Shown here: piece by piece, positions 59,661 through 64,000 of the stretch
Layout of the letters: each line of letters opens with the position of its first letter
Position numbering within the stretch: position 1 is the stretch's first letter
Source: an uncultured Planctomycetaceae bacterium
GTDB lineage: Bacteria; Planctomycetota; Planctomycetia; Planctomycetales; Planctomycetaceae
NCBI GenBank assembly: GCA_963813715.1
Contig: CAWFAK010000005.1
Span: forward strand, 576,001-640,000
Length of the DNA: 64,000 nucleotides
Reading direction: 5' to 3'
The notes under the pieces: model-generated
Databases searched by the model: none
What the model was told of the DNA's origin: nothing
What the model saw: only the letters and a program-made list of their open reading frames with translations
Translations under genes and position numbers: made by a program

Positions 59661-59991
59661 CTCCAAGGCGCAGCAGATCGCGCGGGCGGACGGGTTGGGC
59701 GTCGTCGAGATTCTCGAAGCCGTCCTCAAGTTCCTGCCGATCGACAAATTCGTCGACGACCCGGTGGCGGTGATGAAGCCGGTCAACGCCAAGGAACCCG
59801 AGCCGCCGATTTGGAAGGACTTCCGCCGCCTGCTCCAAATGAGCCAAGGACGGCAGATCGAGCTGACGCAGGTCGAGCGGTTCGAGTTCTACGAAAAGGC
59901 CGAGGCGGCGTACGCGATCGTGGCGACCAGCGACTCGGCCCTCTACGCCAATATCATCCTCAAAAAAGGCGTGGTCTCGCCACAGGCGTGA
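59554..59991 (+). CDS. fucU: RbsD/FucU family sugar mutarotase
   Basis: MLKGIP..ISPDL, MGHGDELVIADGNFP, ERFEFYE.A..AYAIVAT....LYANIILKKGV. Confidence 0.92.
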   Translation: MLKGIPAVISPDLMHVLMKMGHGDELVIADGNFPADSKAQQIARADGLGVVEILEAVLKFLPIDKFVDDPVAVMKPVNAKEPEPPIWKDFRRLLQMSQGRQIELTQVERFEFYEKAEAAYAIVATSDSALYANIILKKGVVSPQA

Positions 59992-60164
59992 ACGCGCAGT
60001 CGGCCGCTCGGTCCCTCTCAAGCAACGCAGGGGGCGCGGGGGTTATTGACCGCGGTCGCCTCCGGCCGAGAATCTGTCTAATGGACCTTCCGCAAATGGT
60101 CTGTTGCTACGCCGGGCAACGCTCCTCAGGCCTGATCGCGGTCCCGCGTTTGGAGGACGGTTGC

Positions 60165-60677
60165 ATGTCAAAACTCTTGGACTTCTATCGGGGACAAGAC
60201 ACGGATACCGAAGGGCGATCGCTCGACGAATTGTGGGAATGGAACGACGACGAGCTGGAAGAGGTCCACGACTTCATTCAGTGGATGTTCCCGCTGCCCG
60301 AGCCGAGCCGCTTCAACCCCGATGCCCCCCTGTTGACCGCCGACGACATGGCCGCTTTCCGGAGCGACGTGTTGCTGCAGTCCCGGCTCCGCAAGTCGTT
60401 CGAGAGAATTCTGCGGTTTCTTGGGTTTTCGCGGGCCGAGGACGGAAGCGTTGTTGAGGGACCAACCTTCGCCGACCGCGTCCCCGAAGTCTGGGCATAC
60501 CCGAATCACAACTGGTTGCGGATCACCCGCATCCTGCGGAGCCTTTGCCGGCTTGGGCTCAACAGCGAAGCCCAATCGTTGTTCACGCGGCTCGAGGGCC
60601 TGTACAGCCAACGCAAGTTTCCGATCACGGCGGACACCTTTCAGTATTGGACGGAAGCGGTGCACTGCGCCGATTGA
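60165..60677 (+). CDS. OGFr_N (opioid growth factor receptor-like) domain protein
   Basis: FYRG, LEEVHDFIQWMFPLPEPSRFNPDAP, NHNWLRITRILRSL. Confidence 0.85.
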   Translation: MSKLLDFYRGQDTDTEGRSLDELWEWNDDELEEVHDFIQWMFPLPEPSRFNPDAPLLTADDMAAFRSDVLLQSRLRKSFERILRFLGFSRAEDGSVVEGPTFADRVPEVWAYPNHNWLRITRILRSLCRLGLNSEAQSLFTRLEGLYSQRKFPITADTFQYWTEAVHCAD

Positions 60678-60711
60678 GCAGCCGGAGACGATCCCGTGTC
60701 CTCTACATTGG

Positions 60712-60924
60712 ATGAACGGGGCAGCGACGGCATCGAAACGACAGGCGGCTGGCCGGACGGGCTGCAGTTCCGTTTTCCGCGTCGCGATCTCGGCTCCGCG
60801 CTGGCTCCTGCTCGGTGTCCTGTTGGTGCTGCTTGCTCTGCTCGGCGTGATGATCGGGCGGCCCATCGCCGGAATGATTCAGAATGGCGTAGCCGTCCTT
60901 GCTCACCTGCCGCAACACGGGTGA
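60712..60924 (+). CDS. Small hypothetical single-TM protein
   Basis: Hydrophobic WLLLGVLLVLLALLGVMIG; fills the gap before the metB-like stop. Confidence 0.35.
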   Translation: MNGAATASKRQAAGRTGCSSVFRVAISAPRWLLLGVLLVLLALLGVMIGRPIAGMIQNGVAVLAHLPQHG

Positions 60925-60926
60925 TC

Positions 60927-62066
60927 TCAGCCGTCGAGCGCCTGTCGCAAGTCGGCGATCAAATCCTCCGGATGCTCGATGCCGATCGACAGCCGGATCG
61001 TCTTCTCCGTGATGCCGGCCGCCTGGCGGGCCTCCGGTGACATGGAGGCGTGGCTCATCGTGACGGGGTAGGCCACCAGCGATTCGATGCCGCCCAAGGA
61101 TTCGGCCAGCGCGAAGAGTTTTGTGCGATAGAGAAAACGTTCGGCCGTGCTGCGATCGCCGCGGATGTCGAAGCTGACCATGCCGCCGAAGCCTTTTTGC
61201 TGGCGGCGGGCGAGCTCGTGCTGTGGATGGCTGGGAAGGCCCGGATAATACACGCGCTCGACGGCCGGGTGTTCGCTGAGCATTTTGGCGACAGCCGTCG
61301 CGCCGCGTTCGTGGGCCTGCATCCGCGGAGCCAGCGTTTTCACGCCGCGGAGGACGAGCCACGCGTCGAATGGCGAGCAGGCGACGCCCAGCGCATTGAC
61401 GATGTATGCGATCCGCTGGGCATGCTCGGGCTTGCGGGTGACGACGCAGCCGCCGACCACGTCGGAATGGCCGTTCAAGTATTTCGTCGTCGAGTGCATG
61501 ACGACGTCCACCCCCAGCTCCAGCGGCCGCTGCAGGTAGGGCGACAAGAAGGTGTTGTCGGCGATCGTGATTGCGCCGGCCTCGCGGGCGATCGCGGTCA
61601 CGGCGGCGATATCGACCACGTTCAAGAGCGGATTGCTCGGCGTCTCGATCCAGATGCCTTTCGTCGCCGGCGTGAGGGCCTGACGGATATTCGCCGGGTC
61701 CCGCATGTCGACGAACGAGAAGCGAAAACCCCACGCGGCGTAGACATCGGCGAACAGCCGATACGTGCCGCCATAAATGTCGTGGCCGGCAATGATGTGG
61801 TCGCCCGGCTGAAAGAGGTGGATGGCCGCCGTGATGGCCGACATCCCCGTGGAGGTGGCTCGGCAATCGATGCCCCCTTCGAGGGAAGCCAGGTTCTCCT
61901 CGAGCGCCGTCCGCGTCGGGTTGCCGCTGCGGGTGTAGTCGTAGCCGCGATTGGTGGTGAGGTTGTCCCAGGCAAAGGTCGACGTGGGATAGATGGGCGT
62001 GATCACGCCTTTATAAGCGGGATCTTTGTCGACGCCGACGTGGACGCAGCGGGTTTCAAAGTGCAT
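60927..62066 (-). CDS. metB: Cystathionine gamma-synthase/lyase (Cys/Met metabolism PLP enzyme)
   Basis: PIYPTSTF, YDYTRSGNPTR, YGGTYRL, IETPSNP, DNTF, HSTTKYLNGHSD, AESLGGIESL. Confidence 0.88.
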   Translation of the reverse strand: MHFETRCVHVGVDKDPAYKGVITPIYPTSTFAWDNLTTNRGYDYTRSGNPTRTALEENLASLEGGIDCRATSTGMSAITAAIHLFQPGDHIIAGHDIYGGTYRLFADVYAAWGFRFSFVDMRDPANIRQALTPATKGIWIETPSNPLLNVVDIAAVTAIAREAGAITIADNTFLSPYLQRPLELGVDVVMHSTTKYLNGHSDVVGGCVVTRKPEHAQRIAYIVNALGVACSPFDAWLVLRGVKTLAPRMQAHERGATAVAKMLSEHPAVERVYYPGLPSHPQHELARRQQKGFGGMVSFDIRGDRSTAERFLYRTKLFALAESLGGIESLVAYPVTMSHASMSPEARQAAGITEKTIRLSIGIEHPEDLIADLRQALDG

Positions 62067-62159
62067 GGGAAAGAACCAGGGGATGCTTAAAAGGGGAAAG
62101 AGGAGGAATGAACCGCGAAGACCCCAGGAGACCAAGAAGTGAACAGTTGAAGTTTTTCT

Positions 62160-62243
62160 TCCTCTGTTAACTCTGTTGCCTCCTGTTCAAAACCTGTCTT
62201 AATTCAAGTTTTGTCTTAACAGGAGGTAACGGAGGAAACGGAG
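62160..62243. repeat. Intergenic inverted repeat element
   Basis: CTCTGTTAACTCTGTTGCCTCCTGTT ... AACAGGAGGTAACGGAGGAAACGGAG. Confidence 0.55.
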
Positions 62244-62259
62244 ACGACTCGAGGCTAAC

Positions 62260-62288
62260 AAAAAAACCGGCGGCAGGGCGCCGCCGGT
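62260..62288 (-). terminator. Intrinsic terminator after cysK
   Basis: Minus strand ACCGGCGGC-GCCCT-GCCGCCGGT followed by a T run. Confidence 0.8.
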
Positions 62289-62333
62289 GCGTGTCGATCA
62301 ATTCTGAGGACGCGGATTGAATTGTTAACGCGA

Positions 62334-63266
62334 TCAAGCGCGGGCGTATTCGAACAACGGCGTCGACAGGTAGCGTTCGCCCGAGTCAGGCAGAATCACG
62401 ACCAGCGTTTTGCCTTCCGATTCCGGACGAGCGGCGACCTTGAGGGCCGCGGCCATCGCGGCTCCGCAGCTGATGCCCGAGATGATGCCCTCTTCCTTCG
62501 CCAGGCGCGGGGCCATCTCGAAGGCCTCTTCGTCGCTCACCTTGACGACCTCGTCCACGAGCTTCATGTCGAGGACCTTGGGAATGAAGCCGGCGCCGAT
62601 CCCCTGGATGCGGTGCTTGCCCGGGCGTCCCCCCGACAGCACGGGGCTGTTGACTGGCTCGACGGCGATCGATTTCAGCGGATGCTTTTTCTCTTCTTTG
62701 ATGTAACGGCTGACGCCGGTGATCGTGCCGCCGGTGCCGACGCCCGAGATCAGGATGTCGACCTTGCCGTCGGTGTCGTTCCAGATTTCGGGGCCCGTCG
62801 TGCGAAAGTGGATTTCGGGATTGGCCGGGTTGTTGAATTGCTGCGGAATGTAGAAGGACGGATCCTTGGCCAGCTCTTCAGCCTTGGCGATGGCCCCTTT
62901 CATTCCTTCGGCGCCCGGCGTGAGCACGAGCGTGGCGCCAAACGCCTTGAGCATCATCCGCCGCTCCATCGACATCGTGTCGGGCATCGTCAACGTCAGC
63001 GGGTAGCCTTTCGCCGCGCAGACGTAGGCCAGTGCGATACCCGTGTTGCCGCTGGTCGGCTCGACCACCTGCATGCCCGGCTTCAACTTGCCGGTCTTTT
63101 CGGCGTCCCAGATCATCGCGGCCCCGATGCGGTCCTTGACGCTGTAGCCCGGACCTCGTCCCTCGATTTTGGCGAGAATGGTGGCCTTGAGGCCTTTGGA
63201 GATTCGATTGATCTTCACGAGCGGCGTGCGACCGATCGAGTCGGGATTATCCTTGAAGGTGGGCAT
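62334..63266 (-). CDS. cysK: Cysteine synthase A
   Basis: [57 protein letters not shown]. Confidence 0.95.
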   Translation of the reverse strand: MPTFKDNPDSIGRTPLVKINRISKGLKATILAKIEGRGPGYSVKDRIGAAMIWDAEKTGKLKPGMQVVEPTSGNTGIALAYVCAAKGYPLTLTMPDTMSMERRMMLKAFGATLVLTPGAEGMKGAIAKAEELAKDPSFYIPQQFNNPANPEIHFRTTGPEIWNDTDGKVDILISGVGTGGTITGVSRYIKEEKKHPLKSIAVEPVNSPVLSGGRPGKHRIQGIGAGFIPKVLDMKLVDEVVKVSDEEAFEMAPRLAKEEGIISGISCGAAMAAALKVAARPESEGKTLVVILPDSGERYLSTPLFEYARA

Positions 63267-63604
63267 GGTCGGCGTTTCCTTCCGGAACAGGAACTGGGAA
63301 CAGAAGCAGGCGGCAGCAGAGCCGGTGAGGAACAACGGCCCGACTCTCAGGTGATCGACGGCTCAAGGAGCGGCAGCCGACCCGCGCGCCGGCAATTATC
63401 GAAGATCGCCAACGCGACTGCAACGCCGCTGCGGCGCAGCGCGGCCGAAACCCCGCAGCGCCGCGGTCGTGATTTCGCAACGGGCCTGGATTAAAGAGCC
63501 GCGCACGCCAGTAAGCGGTGTCTTTTGATCGTTCTTCGCGCTAAAGGCATCCGCCTCCATCGACTGCGATGTGCGCACGAATGCTGTGTCCCCCGCTCAG
63601 AGTC

Positions 63605-63784
63605 GGGTGCCATGCCCACCGGCTTCGGTGGGCATTCGCGATTCGTAGCGGAAGACATGTCCACGCCGAGCCGTGAGACCGTCCGCGAATTTCGGGTGCC
63701 ACGGCTGAGACGCTTCGGCTCAGCCGTGCTCTTTACGGCTGCTCACGGCGGCTGCTGAACTGTTAAGAGCACGGTTGAGCAAGC
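63605..63784. repeat. Cluster of GGGTGCC-headed REP-like hairpins
   Basis: GGGTGCCATGCCCACCGGCTTCGGTGGGCAT (63605-63635) and GGGTGCCACGGCTGAGACGCTTCGGCTCAGCCGTG (63694-63728), each followed by a degenerate partner. Confidence 0.6.
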
Positions 63785-63802
63785 TCGAGGGGATCCGGGA
63801 AT

Positions 63803-64000
63803 TAGGCGCTCTAAGAGAAAGGGTCTCCGTGGGTTAATGTTTTTTTGTCACAAAGAACATTGGCCCCACGGGAGACCCAAGGATGGGACATTCTACCCGC
63901 GCCTCAGCAAGCCTGCATGCGTTGGTGAAGTTGATGATTCCTGTGTGCCAGCGTGCTGAGAGAGAGCACCCGCGTCGCGGTCCGGGACGACCACCGGAGA
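63803..64000 (+). mobile_element. Probable IS left end with transposase N-terminus (ATG 63883), truncated by the window edge
   Basis: MGHSTRASASLHALVKLMIPVCQRAEREHPRRGPGRPPE resembles planctomycete DDE transposase N-termini (recalled, not searched); preceded by a long hairpin at 63821-63878. Confidence 0.55.

Noticed and set aside
63270..63600. SAM or other riboswitch upstream of cysK/metB
   Set aside because: No recognisable aptamer consensus; only GC-rich and REP-like hairpins

Overview
GC-rich bacterial chromosomal window, most likely Planctomycetota. The inference rests on the ECF sigma next to a giant Ser/Thr kinase, FGE-sulfatase/DUF1080 modules, a short DnaA and REP-like hairpins. Many genes, including housekeeping ones, are broken by 1-2 nt indels, typical of an unpolished long-read assembly, so they are annotated as frameshifted CDSs with approximate ends. 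Layout: (1-16 kb) three Hanks-type kinases, an ECF sigma factor, an alkyl-DHAP-synthase-like/glpD pair and a secreted His-rich protein; (16-20.5 kb) a heterodimeric ABC exporter; (21.8-24.7 kb) a low-GC islet abutting tRNA-Arg(CCT), carrying a HEPN-motif gene and two orphan genes; (25-35 kb) immunity-like, phosphoesterase, PAP2, PI-PLC and MFS genes; (35-47.7 kb) a ~12.6 kb accessory block bracketed by a 24-bp direct repeat, with TetR and a triple operator, a chimeric RND adaptor-permease ORF, a sensorless histidine kinase, an LRR protein, a radical SAM enzyme and an amidase; (47.7-53.3 kb) gyrB-dciA-dnaN-[probable oriC]-short dnaA; then iscS-like, tartrate/IPM dehydrogenase, K+-independent H+-PPase, fucU, OGFr, metB-like and cysK genes, and the left end of an IS at the edge. 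The best candidates for undescribed biology are the tRNA-linked HEPN three-gene islet, the repeat-bounded accessory block, the ECF/giant-kinase module and the signal-peptide/His-rich/RHH-like protein. All family assignments come from motifs recognised by eye; no database search was run.
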